Counted from the stretch's first letter, positions 10,231 through 20,101 are shown. The stretch is 64,000 nucleotides of DNA from an uncultured virus (IMG/VR IMGVR_UViG_3300030116_006045) (IMGVR_UViG_3300030116_006045:1-64000); one strand, 5' to 3'. The notes: generated by a model from the letters alone, not told the origin. Translations and numbers: made by a program.

Positions 10231-11229
10231 TTACAGCTGGACTGTGCCATCATATCGCCAGCATTTACCTTTGCACATACCTTTACCTGCGAACCATCTG
10301 CAAGAAGGCGTAGTTTTCATTTCGATAATAGAAGCTAAATGAGTACGTGTGGTCTGTTCTCGAAAGTCACGCCAATTGAGATCCTTGATGTAACCAACAG
10401 CAGCGTCTATCACCGCTTCTTTTTCATCCCCACTCATTTGAGCTGGGTCTGAGAAGTTTCGTAAGTTTTCGACAAGGTGTTGCCCAAAAGCTACCCTGAC
10501 AAAGTGTTGTGGGTTTTCAGTGTGTATAGCGTCTAAGCAAGGCATCATAGGTATTTGATCTGCGCTTACTACGTCGCCAAGCATAGTTTCGCCTATCTCG
10601 GTGTTGTTTGTTTCAGGTGGATTATCTGCGACCCATCTAACTAAGCTGAATGATGAGGTTTGTTTCTTGAATGGGTTTAGGTGCGATAGAGTTCGATCTG
10701 GTGTTTTGGGTATCTCATAACCAAGCGGGTCAGCTGCAAACCGTTCAGGGTCTATCACAACAGCCCATCGTCCTCTCTTTGGGTTGAGTGTGTTAGGTAC
10801 TCGACATAATCTATCGACAGTGCCTATACAATCAAGTGTGCTTAGATCTTGAGCCATTTCTCTTTCATATCGTGTAAGCTCAGAAGGCCATCTGTCGCCA
10901 ATCACAGGTTCTCTAAGGATCTGGTGAACGTGAAATCCACGACCTGTCGCTACCGCGAGAACTGTGCCATCTAATCTCTTGATTAGCTCCGCAGCGTCCC
11001 TCTTCACCTGTGGGTCATCATCACCATCAAAATCCCACCAGGCTCGGTCGATTACAGCGGAATTGTGATCGTAGGTCATCTTGTAGCCATTCCACTTCAT
11101 ATCGTTAAATGAGTATAAGCTGGTGTAGCAAGCCGACTTATCTCTAAGTGTGTTAATGATACGGTTGAAGTCGTCTTTGCTTTCGCACTTAGACCTCTTG
11201 AGGCCCACCTCTCTTGGAAATCGCATCAC
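10231..11229 (-). CDS. priS: Archaeo-eukaryotic primase, PriS catalytic domain fused to a PriL-like Fe-S C-terminal domain
   Basis: AEP motifs WWDFDG, TGRGFHV and RLCRVPNT. The C-terminal PC...H..R...PSC...GMCKGKC pattern is typical of the PriL CTD. Confidence 0.85.
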   Translation of the reverse strand: MMRFPREVGLKRSKCESKDDFNRIINTLRDKSACYTSLYSFNDMKWNGYKMTYDHNSAVIDRAWWDFDGDDDPQVKRDAAELIKRLDGTVLAVATGRGFHVHQILREPVIGDRWPSELTRYEREMAQDLSTLDCIGTVDRLCRVPNTLNPKRGRWAVVIDPERFAADPLGYEIPKTPDRTLSHLNPFKKQTSSFSLVRWVADNPPETNNTEIGETMLGDVVSADQIPMMPCLDAIHTENPQHFVRVAFGQHLVENLRNFSDPAQMSGDEKEAVIDAAVGYIKDLNWRDFREQTTRTHLASIIEMKTTPSCRWFAGKGMCKGKCWRYDGTVQL

Positions 11230-11372
11230 GACACCATCTGAACGTGATCACAAGACGCACAGGTAGCAAATACTTCGAGGTAAGCGTCATGCCCCTCTTC
11301 TCCTTGCACCACCATTCTTTGATGATGATCTAGCCATTCAGGGTTTTGGTCGCCACATTTCATACATTTCAT
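11226..11372 (-). CDS. 48-aa zinc-ribbon microprotein (not in ORF track)
   Basis: Hand translation MKCMKCGDQNPEW...FATCASCDHVQMVS; start and stop overlap both neighbours. Confidence 0.65.
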   Translation of the reverse strand: MKCMKCGDQNPEWLDHHQRMVVQGEEGHDAYLEVFATCASCDHVQMVS

Positions 11373-11623
11373 TCTTCTTCGCCCCCACGATTTACAAACG
11401 CTCCATGTTCCGGTAAAACATTGTCGTATTTAGCAATTTTTTCTTTCGTTTCTTTACTTAACGATGTCTTATGCCCACATAAAGGGCAGTTAGTAACAAG
11501 GAAAAACCCTTCTTTGTCAGAGCCAAATCCTATCCAAAACCCAGTAACAGGACAAGATCGAACTCTACATCGAGCTTCAGCACCCCATATGAAAATCATA
11601 CGTTGTGGATCATATTTCCTCAT
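11369..11623 (-). CDS. Small Cys-rich (CPxCG) hypothetical protein
   Basis: CRVRSC and CPLCG motifs; ATGA-coupled to neighbours. Confidence 0.55.
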   Translation of the reverse strand: MRKYDPQRMIFIWGAEARCRVRSCPVTGFWIGFGSDKEGFFLVTNCPLCGHKTSLSKETKEKIAKYDNVLPEHGAFVNRGGEEE

Positions 11624-12450
11624 ATCGAGCTAACTCCTGTCATCAGTTCGGTATCACAGCTAACGGTGTAATCGCACCACTGAGTACAGAAGTATTCATT
11701 CCAATTGATAGGCCAATCATGATTCTTGATACCATCCACAGAAGCATGGAGATCTCTTTCCATACCTGATATACTTCTATTCGTAACAGGCTCTACAATA
11801 GCGGCCCCCTGGATCTGGCCCAAATACACATCGCGGGTCTGTCGCTTTTGATTGAGTAAAGAAGTAACGAACTTAGCATCGACGCAATCAGGAGCTATCA
11901 CAGCATAATGTGTTATTTCTTCGGTAGCGTAGTCAGGGTGCAGTAAAAGCATTCTACGATAGAAGGCCAGTTCTTTACGGAACCGGCTCATCTTAGAAGA
12001 TGTGAGGTTGCCTGTCTTGAGTTCTACTAAGATAAGACCGCCTTCAGGATGACGCCAAATACCGTCGATAATACCACGAAGCTCGCAAGCAAGCTCGTCG
12101 TCCCAAACCGAAAACTTCTGTTCCACACCCACGATTTCAATACCGTCCGGCCCCATATCTTCTTCAATAAAATCCATGAGTTCGCCCAGGGCAACAATAC
12201 CTTCGTCTGCTGTGATTGGTAATCGAGAGAGGTATGTGCCTGGCGTATCATCTTTCATTACGTCTTCAAGAAGCTGATGTATCTCAGTTCCTCTTGCAGC
12301 TGCAGGGCTTTTGGGCTTTTCCAGATCATACAATGCGATATAGTCCATGTAATACTGACGAGGGCATCTAAGATACGTCGTAAAAGACGATTTTGAAACA
12401 CGCAGATTAGCGTTTTCAACAGCTGGATCGTAACTACTCTTGAACGTCAT
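11620..12450 (-). CDS. Cas4/RecB-like PD-(D/E)xK exonuclease
   Basis: SKSSFTTYLRCPRQY, RGTEIH, RGIIDG...VELKTG and C-terminal CxxCxxxxxC (Fe-S ligands). Confidence 0.85.
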   Translation of the reverse strand: MTFKSSYDPAVENANLRVSKSSFTTYLRCPRQYYMDYIALYDLEKPKSPAAARGTEIHQLLEDVMKDDTPGTYLSRLPITADEGIVALGELMDFIEEDMGPDGIEIVGVEQKFSVWDDELACELRGIIDGIWRHPEGGLILVELKTGNLTSSKMSRFRKELAFYRRMLLLHPDYATEEITHYAVIAPDCVDAKFVTSLLNQKRQTRDVYLGQIQGAAIVEPVTNRSISGMERDLHASVDGIKNHDWPINWNEYFCTQWCDYTVSCDTELMTGVSSI

Positions 12451-12676
12451 CCTTCTTCTTCCCCTTCGTCTTCTTTGGGGCAGGGGTAGTTAAATCGATG
12501 ACTTCATCCCAATCAGCATACTTCTTGGCTTCTGCTAAGGACATTCCTGTTAGAGATCTACCTTCAAAGCCTGGGCATCGGCATCCCGCTAAGAATACCT
12601 CCGCATCATCGGACTTTTCAGCCAGCCATTCTTCGACCAGCTTACGTTCGGTACACCATAACAGAACTGCCATCAC
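12434..12676 (-). CDS. Hypothetical protein
   Basis: Fills the gap in a coupled minus-strand operon. Confidence 0.5.
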   Translation of the reverse strand: MMAVLLWCTERKLVEEWLAEKSDDAEVFLAGCRCPGFEGRSLTGMSLAEAKKYADWDEVIDLTTPAPKKTKGKKKDDVQE

Positions 12677-12915
12677 TCTTCACTATCCCCGCCTGACTCT
12701 TCAATGTGTGTGTCTTGAGTAGGTGGCGGCACAAACTCAACACCTGTCGCATTACATAGGTCTTGTAGCATTCCTTCATGACGAATCGCATCATTGTGAG
12801 ATCCGGCCCATAATAGGCGTAGTATCTCTTGGATTTCGCCAACAGCTCCCTCTAAGTGTTCTAACTTTGTCTGAACTTCCTTCATAGTCAGCTTACGGCT
12901 GCGCGACATGAACAT
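12673..12915 (-). CDS. Hypothetical coiled-coil protein
   Basis: Heptad pattern; TTGATATA promoter-like box about 30 nt upstream of the MSRSRK start. Confidence 0.55.
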   Translation of the reverse strand: MFMSRSRKLTMKEVQTKLEHLEGAVGEIQEILRLLWAGSHNDAIRHEGMLQDLCNATGVEFVPPPTQDTHIEESGGDSEE

Positions 12916-12934
12916 ACGAAATCATTCAAGTATA

Positions 12935-13117
12935 TCAACCCTGTTTATTTTTATCCTTATTTACACTAATATCGCGTGGCGGAGAGTAATCTCTATCAGC
13001 TACTCGAAATACGCCACAGTGCATATTGCCGTTGATTTTATGATTATTGTAACCACACACTCGCTTTATCCCACAATTAGAACAGACGCGCAAGCACTTT
13101 CGCGGCATCAAACCCAC
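12935..13117 (-). CDS. Small Cys-rich zinc-finger protein
   Basis: CSNCG...HCG; overlaps the MTase stop. Confidence 0.5.
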   Translation of the reverse strand: MGLMPRKCLRVCSNCGIKRVCGYNNHKINGNMHCGVFRVADRDYSPPRDISVNKDKNKQG

Positions 13118-14322
13118 TCCATATCTTCGATTTTTTCATTGACTTTGGATATAGAACGAATACGATCTGGAATAAACTCGGCGTATTCAGGATTAAGCTC
13201 GCACAGAATAGCTTCTCGACCATGAAGTAAGGCTACACCAGCTGTTGTCCCAGATCCACCGAACGGATCTAGGACTACTGAAGGAACGATAGGATGCTCA
13301 TCAAGAGGGAGATCACTATGATAGACCAACATTGTTCTAACCTTTTCTTTGGTGGCTGACTCAATCATCCTTCGTTTTACGTCGCTTGCGCCTTGAGCCA
13401 TAGCTGATTCGTAATCTTTCAAGTTAGATCCGCCGTAATTACCTTTTGAGTCAGCACCCCACCCAGTTTCAAGAAGTTCCTTTTGACTCATCTTAGGGGG
13501 TATAACCACTTCTTCTCTTACGAGCTTACCATGACACTCACAGTTAGGACGCCAGGTATCTAAGTTCTTGCCGGTGCTTGAAATGAACTGATCTGTACCA
13601 GCTCTGACCCAGGGTTCTCCGCAATCAGCACAGCATCCTTTAGCACTACTACCAGCTAACACGCATGGTTCTATCAGTTCCGGCGGATATACAGCAAAAT
13701 GCGCCTTTGGGAAGGATTGGGGGTTTATGTGCCAAACATCACGCTTATTCCTGTTGTTTTCACCTTCTTTGATAGCCTCATGATCGTAGAAGTAATGCTT
13801 GTTCTTAGTTAGCATAAAGATAAACTCATGCGATCTGGTGCATCTGTCTTTAACAGGCTCCGGCATACACTTCGGCTTCGCCCAAATAATATCCTGTCGA
13901 AGATACCATCCATCGGCTTGAAGTGCAAAAGCTACACGCCAGGGGATGCCAATGAGATCCTTCGGCTTGAAGTTATTACCTGTCTTACGCTTGAACGACT
14001 TGCCCCCATCCTCATGATAGTTATTGAGATGAGGTCGAAATCGTGAGTTTGTCTGATGACCTCCATTTGAACCGGCGTAAGAGTCGCCCAAGTTAAGCCA
14101 TAGAGTGCCTGTTGGTTTGAGGACACGCCACACTTCTTGAAATACTTGAACCATGTTTTCAATGAAAGCTTCGGGTGTTTCTTCTAACCCGATTTGATCG
14201 TCGTTTCCATAATCTCGAAGGCCGAAGTAAGGCGGTGATGTAACACAACAATCTACTGATTCATCAGGTAGCTCGGAGAGAGTTTCACGGCAGTCGCCTA
14301 AGAGGATCTTAACACCCTTCAT
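13108..14322 (-). CDS. Amino (N4-cytosine/N6-adenine) DNA methyltransferase, beta class
   Basis: TSPPY catalytic motif N-terminal and VLDPFGGSGTT SAM motif C-terminal; Cys-rich insert. SPPY suggests m4C. Confidence 0.9.
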   Translation of the reverse strand: MKGVKILLGDCRETLSELPDESVDCCVTSPPYFGLRDYGNDDQIGLEETPEAFIENMVQVFQEVWRVLKPTGTLWLNLGDSYAGSNGGHQTNSRFRPHLNNYHEDGGKSFKRKTGNNFKPKDLIGIPWRVAFALQADGWYLRQDIIWAKPKCMPEPVKDRCTRSHEFIFMLTKNKHYFYDHEAIKEGENNRNKRDVWHINPQSFPKAHFAVYPPELIEPCVLAGSSAKGCCADCGEPWVRAGTDQFISSTGKNLDTWRPNCECHGKLVREEVVIPPKMSQKELLETGWGADSKGNYGGSNLKDYESAMAQGASDVKRRMIESATKEKVRTMLVYHSDLPLDEHPIVPSVVLDPFGGSGTTAGVALLHGREAILCELNPEYAEFIPDRIRSISKVNEKIEDMEWV

Positions 14323-14465
14323 TCCTCTTCACCTTCCCATGAATATGTTTTCTTAGAGTAAGCAGCTGCATAACCCTCTCTCCATTTTTCGTAGCATTTC
14401 TCACACCAACCATGAATCGACATCATCATAACTTCATTGTCGCATCCTTCTGTCATGCATTTCAT
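14319..14465 (-). CDS. 48-aa Cys-rich microprotein (not in ORF track)
   Basis: Hand translation MKCMTEGCDNEV...WCEKCYEKW...; ATGA overlap with the MTase start. Confidence 0.6.
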   Translation of the reverse strand: MKCMTEGCDNEVMMMSIHGWCEKCYEKWREGYAAAYSKKTYSWEGEEE

Positions 14466-14482
14466 TATAACACGAAATGATC

Positions 14483-15847
14483 TCATAACCACTCAGCTAC
14501 TCCTTTCTTACCTATACCTTCAAACTCCAGATCCTCAACAGCCTGTATTCTTTCTCCAAGCCATCTCATAAGAGGCACAGCCATACTGTTACCCATAGCC
14601 TTGAAACGATGTCCATCTGGACAATCCTCTCTCGCCTTTCCTTTCCATTCAATTAGAGTATAGTTATCAGGAAATCCCTGGAGCCTTTCACACTCAATAG
14701 GTGTGAGGCGTCTAACTCTCATGGTAGATTCGATCATAGCTGTGTTTGTGCGTACATCACTCGCGGTCATATCGTGTGCTGTTAATGTACCAACGGCATC
14801 AGCTTCTCCCCAGGTTTCGTGATCGGTTTCCGATTGGGGTCTTCTTATTTTTCTAAATGGTATAGTTTCACCAGCTTGAGCTACAAACGGTTTCATACGA
14901 CTACCGGCTGACGCCATCAGACCCTTGACTTCTTCATTGAGAGAGATAACCTCATCTCGCTGATTAGCAAAGAACGACAGGACACGGGGTTCAGCCACAG
15001 CTGGTGAGGTCGGTACAGCTCCGTTAGCTTTCAACGTAGGAGCCACTTCTTCGTATATCCCATAGTTCTGTCCAAAAGTATGATCGAATGCGACCAGATC
15101 AGTGCCGTCTTTGTAATCCCTTGCTTTCAAAGTGCTAGCTGTCTCATCACAGGCGTAGTCACCAAAAGCACGTAATCTCGCACCTACTCCTTTTGCTGAG
15201 ACAAGTTCGCTTGATTGTCCAACGCCATTTGTAGTAGGTGGGGCAGTGTCTTGCCTCGACGGGACGCTCGGCGCAGAATCCCCCGACAAGCTCGTTCGCT
15301 CAAATAGTACCGCTGCGGGACGTCGCCAATCTCCAGAAGCGTGTCCGACAACAAACAAACGTCGGCGTCTTTGGGCCACTCCGAAGTAGCGAGCGTCCAA
15401 GATTCTCCAGGCGCAAGAATACCCGATCCGCTCCACTTCTGCGAGGAAGGTTCCAAAATCCCGTCCTTCGTCTGATGACAAGAGACCAGGGACGTTTTCA
15501 AAGAGAAACCACTCCGGTCGAATATCTCGAACAATGCCGAGATAGTGGAGGGCCAAGTTCCCACGCGGGTCATCCAATCCAAGTCGTTGTCCCGCGACTG
15601 AGAAGGATTGGCATGGTGATCCCCCGACGACGAGATCGAGCTGTCCGGCGTATTGTTTCCAGTCATGCTTAGTCACATCTCCCACATTCGGAACTGTCGG
15701 GTAGTGGTGAGCAAGGACTTCTGATGGAAACTCGTCGAACTCTGCGAAGATTTGAGGCTTCCAGCCGAGAGGTTCCCAAGCGACTGTTGCCGCTTCGACT
15801 CCGCTGAATAGGCTTGCGTATCGCACAAACAAACCCACTGGGACCAT
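14483..15847 (-). CDS. C5-cytosine DNA methyltransferase (probable start GTG at 15826)
   Basis: Motif I SLFSGVEA, IV GGSPCQSFS, VI ENVPG, VIII QRRRRLF, IX RRLTPIECERLQGFP and X MGNSMAVP. Confidence 0.93.
   Translation of the reverse strand: MVPVGLFVRYASLFSGVEAATVAWEPLGWKPQIFAEFDEFPSEVLAHHYPTVPNVGDVTKHDWKQYAGQLDLVVGGSPCQSFSVAGQRLGLDDPRGNLALHYLGIVRDIRPEWFLFENVPGLLSSDEGRDFGTFLAEVERIGYSCAWRILDARYFGVAQRRRRLFVVGHASGDWRRPAAVLFERTSLSGDSAPSVPSRQDTAPPTTNGVGQSSELVSAKGVGARLRAFGDYACDETASTLKARDYKDGTDLVAFDHTFGQNYGIYEEVAPTLKANGAVPTSPAVAEPRVLSFFANQRDEVISLNEEVKGLMASAGSRMKPFVAQAGETIPFRKIRRPQSETDHETWGEADAVGTLTAHDMTASDVRTNTAMIESTMRVRRLTPIECERLQGFPDNYTLIEWKGKAREDCPDGHRFKAMGNSMAVPLMRWLGERIQAVEDLEFEGIGKKGVAEWL
15184..15666 (-). 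CDS. Alternative-frame ORF nested in the C5-MTase (M.EcoHK31I beta-like polypeptide)
   Basis: 160-aa stop-free overlapping frame with an ATG start. Protein-like segment WSGSG...LSDTLLEIGDVPQRYYLSERACRGILRRA...LP recalls alt-frame beta subunits of two-component C5 MTases. Confidence 0.5.
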   Translation of the reverse strand: MTGNNTPDSSISSSGDHHANPSQSRDNDLDWMTRVGTWPSTISALFEIFDRSGFSLKTSLVSCHQTKDGILEPSSQKWSGSGILAPGESWTLATSEWPKDADVCLLSDTLLEIGDVPQRYYLSERACRGILRRASRRGKTLPHLLQMALDNQANLSQQKE

Positions 15848-15868
15848 CCATATAAATCATCTGTATAA

Positions 15869-17395
15869 TCAAAGCCACTCAGCCTCCGGTGGGAGTTCTA
15901 AGCTGGTTCCCATATCTGTTTCAACGAGATCAGCTTCGCTCCAATGGGCCATTCTTGCGGTAGCTATATCGGCATACTCTTGAGATATTTCACAGCCGAT
16001 AAAGTCGAATCCTTCAAGCAAAGCCGCAATACCTGTTGTTCCAGATCCTAAGAACGGATCGAGAATCTTACCTCCTGGTGGCGTTACTAACCTACACAAA
16101 TACCGCATCAGTGCGACAGGTTTCACAGTGGGGTGTATGTTCTTTCTAAGCTTATTACCTCGGTTACGTGGGTTATCTGAACCAACACCTGTCGTATCTT
16201 TTCTATCAGTAACTTGAGCTGATTCAAAATCTTCTAAACCAGCTTCTCTTTCTTTTCTTGAAGCCTTAGCACAATAAAAGAATCTTGCAGCTGACGTATC
16301 GACATCATCAAACCCTGGGTGTGCGCCCCCACCCATACCCTCTCCGTACACTTCGTTCTTATTGTTGGGTATGTATTCTTCGTGGTGCATATTCACAGCC
16401 GATGAGTGTTTGGTATCAGGGAACTCGTCTCGAACTTCATCACTACCATCATGGATCACATTCGCAGGGTATCTACCTGAAGGTGATCCTGTCTTTACAT
16501 TCAAAAAGAATCGAGATGCACCTCCTTGATCGTTAAACCCATGTGTTTCAGAACCTCCCTCCCCATGTATCTTACCTACCATCGTTAATTTCTCGCCTTC
16601 TTGCTTATTTTTTCGCACCGCATCACTACTTCTACTCGTACCACTTTGTTCATCAAGCATCTCACCAGCTTCTCCATCAAGAATAACATTAGCTGGAAAG
16701 CGACCATTTTCATGAGCTTCAGTTTCAGTTCCTTCTGATTCGCCCCAATGACCTTTCACTGATTTACGATTAGTATTCTTTGCATGATCCTCGCCCGCCT
16801 TTATTCTGCAATCGTCGATATTGATTGCGCCCGTATCATGTTTGAGGACATTGTTGGGTATATTATTTTCAGATATGGGCTTACGAGCTAACACGCATGG
16901 CTCATGAGCTGGTTTGAGAGCTGTTCCCCAACCTTCCCACTTCTTAGCGTCATCAGTAGCGGGTGCTGTAATCCTTGAGTCGTTACCTTTACCATTGAAA
17001 TCAATAGCACTGTTCTGTTCTCTATCGTTAGGGTTTGGGCCGAGATCTACTCTTTCAGCCCCTGCAGCTTTGTCTATTGCTTTTGATATATTGAGCGACT
17101 TAGGAAAACCAGATCCGTAAATCCACATAATTTGATCACGAATCTCAAAACCCGCATCTTCCACGTTGATAGCTAAACGATGATATGTTCGAGAACCAGC
17201 GAAAGCGATTAGATGACCACCAGGTTTGAGAACACGTAAGCACTGCGCCCAAAGCTCGCGTGAGGGAACATCGTAGTCCCATTTCTTACCCATAAAAGAA
17301 AGACCATACGGAGGATCTGTGACTATACTATCTACGCTGTTCTCTGGTAGCTCCTTAAGTCGCTCTAAAGAATCTCCAACCATTATCATAACCAT
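15869..17395 (-). CDS. Amino (probably N6-adenine) DNA methyltransferase, beta class
   Basis: TDPPY, HPTVKP and ILDPFLGSGTTG motifs; internal duplicated GR(F/Y)PANV...ASRFF segments. Confidence 0.9.
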   Translation of the reverse strand: MVMIMVGDSLERLKELPENSVDSIVTDPPYGLSFMGKKWDYDVPSRELWAQCLRVLKPGGHLIAFAGSRTYHRLAINVEDAGFEIRDQIMWIYGSGFPKSLNISKAIDKAAGAERVDLGPNPNDREQNSAIDFNGKGNDSRITAPATDDAKKWEGWGTALKPAHEPCVLARKPISENNIPNNVLKHDTGAINIDDCRIKAGEDHAKNTNRKSVKGHWGESEGTETEAHENGRFPANVILDGEAGEMLDEQSGTSRSSDAVRKNKQEGEKLTMVGKIHGEGGSETHGFNDQGGASRFFLNVKTGSPSGRYPANVIHDGSDEVRDEFPDTKHSSAVNMHHEEYIPNNKNEVYGEGMGGGAHPGFDDVDTSAARFFYCAKASRKEREAGLEDFESAQVTDRKDTTGVGSDNPRNRGNKLRKNIHPTVKPVALMRYLCRLVTPPGGKILDPFLGSGTTGIAALLEGFDFIGCEISQEYADIATARMAHWSEADLVETDMGTSLELPPEAEWL

Positions 17396-19614
17396 TGTGT
17401 ATCACTTACTCCGTTCATCGCATTTATTATTGGCTGCATCGACCATCCGACCACTGAATAAAGTGGCTCTACTTTTTTTACTACAAATCTTTCAACCATG
17501 ATACGCCATCCTATTTCGGCTATACCTTCTATTTCTTTGGGATCATCGAAAGCTATGTAGTCGCCTTGATTACTGATAGCTACCTTGAAGAAGTCGCCTT
17601 CTTTGTAGCCCTTACCGAGATGCCTGTTAGCCCAGGCTGCAGCCGCAGATGGACCGGATAGTGTTTCGTACTTGTCGAGATTCTTCTTGAGTTTGCCTTT
17701 CATCAGAACCTCACTTGGGTCCAGATCGCCACCCAATACATTCTCTATCAGCTGGCATAGCCTATCATCGACTAAGGACTGTTTCTCACCTTCAAGGATA
17801 GCATCAAGTGTAGTTTTCATAGATTTCTTCATTACGGGGGGCATACGTGCCTGTATAAGCTCGATACCCTTCACATACGTCTGTGGGTCATGGAACGCCC
17901 CATCTGTCCATAAAACGCGAGCAGCGTATCTATTCTTAGCATTGATGAAGAATGAATCGCACCACTTCTCGAACTCTACTACGATTGGGGCCATATCCTC
18001 GTTCAAGTCGGCACAAAGCTGGACACCGGCATCAGGTGTAGCCACATCAACCATAACAGAATCAGTGTGTCCATAGCGAACTTTATGGCCGCGAGCTTCG
18101 CATAGATCACGAAGAAGAAACAAAGTTTGTCTTGATGTAAAGGTGATTGCAGCTGCAATCTCAGGGTGATACAGACCATATCTACTGTCACCACATACAC
18201 CATACAGAGAAGCGACGAGAGTTTTGGTAGCGTGTTGCATAGCATCCCACCTGTGCTTGTTGTCAGGATCTGACTTCATCTTCGCCTTGTATTCATTACG
18301 AAGGTCAGTTAGTCGATCCATAGTGCGTACTAACAACCCCTTCTTCTCCTTACTGAATCGTGTTCCATTACCTATGTCGTCGCCATCTTCGCTAAGGGTG
18401 TCCCAGGATATATTGTGTAGTGCCGCGTTGCTATGATACATCGCCTTGATGTCCATAATACCGATGTGTCGATACACACCTGGTTCGGGTTCTTGAATAT
18501 CAGCACCTTCGTAGTCCACCTTATCGAACTGTGGTTTAGATGGGATTCTTTGTTTGAAATCGGGATCCCGTAAGAAAAGCTGAGTAGCCATCTTGGTAAT
18601 ATGAGGGGTGTCTCTGAAACGGATCTGGGTAAGGAACGACAGTGTAATGTAATGTTCGCTTACATTGAGATATTCGTCCAGCTTAGGCATCAGACGCACA
18701 TCTTGTCGATTGTAGTCCACATAGGTAGCAAAGTCAGTGTAGTAAGTATCGTGGCCGTCCGGTAGCTCCGTCTTGCGTTCTTTTAGTGCCTCCCACGCTA
18801 CATCGTCGAGCTTCTTTGAAGCAAGCTGACCATGCTTTAGCACCCACAGTTTCTCGAAACCAACCATAAGATCGAAGCAAAGACGACCAGGGATGGGTTG
18901 ATCCCAATCCCCATAGGAATAAACGTGTTTCTTGAGCGGCGATAGTGTTCTTGGATCTAGCCCAACCACCTTCATCCTCTTAGCTAACTGAGAAATATCA
19001 GCTCCTTGTAGATACCAACCAATCAACATATCTGGGTCACATCTACTCATATGATTTACGAAATGTTCGATCATGTCTCTTTCGTTATCGAAGGCTAATA
19101 AAACGGGGTACATCTCAATAAACTGATGACCTTCAGGGTGTTTCTTACAACCGAGTGACTCATGCTTCCCTGCAGGAAGTTCATCAGATATGGCCCATGT
19201 GAACATAGCTTCCTCGTAGGAATCCCATACTGATATGATAGTGATCTCACCACTCTCGGTTTTCCACTCCATATCAAGATACCACTTACGATACTGATAG
19301 TAAGGGAAGGGATTGACCCTATCAGCAAGAACACGATTCACCCAGGGTATGTTTGCTTCCCATGTCTGTACTTGTTTCTTAAGCTGGTGTGGCTCGTCGG
19401 TATCACCGAATGTGAGCTTTACCAGATCCTCACCATACACACCTTCGTAACCATCCCTTTTTCTTATGGCTTTGAAAGGCATTCGGGATAAGTCCTTTTT
19501 CTGTACGAAACAGTAAGGGTGATGATCGTTGATGTGTGTTTCTATTCTCGACAATGTGTCTGGGTTGCGATGGCGCACTATTACAGAACGTCCTCTTGTG
19601 CGGTCGGCAATCAT
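17386..19614 (-). CDS. polB: Family B DNA polymerase with 3'-5' exonuclease
   Basis: ExoI LDMEW, ExoIII YNRQD, and polymerase motifs DIKAMYHS, KTLVASLYG, YGHTDS and KNRY. Confidence 0.95.
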   Translation of the reverse strand: MIADRTRGRSVIVRHRNPDTLSRIETHINDHHPYCFVQKKDLSRMPFKAIRKRDGYEGVYGEDLVKLTFGDTDEPHQLKKQVQTWEANIPWVNRVLADRVNPFPYYQYRKWYLDMEWKTESGEITIISVWDSYEEAMFTWAISDELPAGKHESLGCKKHPEGHQFIEMYPVLLAFDNERDMIEHFVNHMSRCDPDMLIGWYLQGADISQLAKRMKVVGLDPRTLSPLKKHVYSYGDWDQPIPGRLCFDLMVGFEKLWVLKHGQLASKKLDDVAWEALKERKTELPDGHDTYYTDFATYVDYNRQDVRLMPKLDEYLNVSEHYITLSFLTQIRFRDTPHITKMATQLFLRDPDFKQRIPSKPQFDKVDYEGADIQEPEPGVYRHIGIMDIKAMYHSNAALHNISWDTLSEDGDDIGNGTRFSKEKKGLLVRTMDRLTDLRNEYKAKMKSDPDNKHRWDAMQHATKTLVASLYGVCGDSRYGLYHPEIAAAITFTSRQTLFLLRDLCEARGHKVRYGHTDSVMVDVATPDAGVQLCADLNEDMAPIVVEFEKWCDSFFINAKNRYAARVLWTDGAFHDPQTYVKGIELIQARMPPVMKKSMKTTLDAILEGEKQSLVDDRLCQLIENVLGGDLDPSEVLMKGKLKKNLDKYETLSGPSAAAAWANRHLGKGYKEGDFFKVAISNQGDYIAFDDPKEIEGIAEIGWRIMVERFVVKKVEPLYSVVGWSMQPIINAMNGVSDTQWL

Positions 19615-19617
19615 AAT

Positions 19618-19788
19618 TTACGCATTGTAAAGTTTGTTATAAGGATTGCTTCTATTCAAGAAACAACCCTTACACATTACGATTGGGAACTCATCACAGT
19701 CGATAACCACCAAAGCACCGAGGGGGATAGGGTCAAAGCAAATCTCACACGACCAGGAGCCATCAGAAATCTGCTTGTCAGTCGTCAC
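19618..19788 (-). CDS. 56-aa Cys-rich microprotein (not in ORF track)
   Basis: Hand translation from GTG: MTTDKQ...CEICFDP...MCKGCF...; fills the gap before polB. Confidence 0.5.
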   Translation of the reverse strand: MTTDKQISDGSWSCEICFDPIPLGALVVIDCDEFPIVMCKGCFLNRSNPYNKLYNA

Positions 19789-20101
19789 TTCTTCTGCCTC
19801 TCTTACGACGGGGGATATTGTGTTTATCCACCCAATACTGAATCGTCATAGCACTTACACCAAACACCAATGCAAGCTCGGCCATCGTTTTGTTCTTTGT
19901 AACATAATGCTCGAATAACCAAGCTGGTTCTTGATATCTAGGTTGATTCGGTTGTTCACCGAACTTAGCTAAAAGGAATACATCTGAGCCACATCTGTCA
20001 CAGTGCTGTACGATCCGTGACTCCTGTTCAGGGATCTCAAGCTGTTTTTCAAAGAAAACGTGCGCCCCACAGTTCGGACAAGCGACTCTCATCAGACCCA
20101 C
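19778..20101 (-). CDS. Zinc-ribbon plus HTH DNA-binding protein
   Basis: CPNCG/CDRCG followed by an HTH (TMAELALVFGVSAMTIQYWVDKHNIPRR). Confidence 0.75.
   Translation of the reverse strand: MGLMRVACPNCGAHVFFEKQLEIPEQESRIVQHCDRCGSDVFLLAKFGEQPNQPRYQEPAWLFEHYVTKNKTMAELALVFGVSAMTIQYWVDKHNIPRRKRGRRSDD

Noticed and set aside
11620..12450. Cas4-like gene as evidence of a CRISPR system
   Set aside because: No repeat-spacer array or other cas genes seen. Solo Cas4-like nucleases are common in archaeal viruses.
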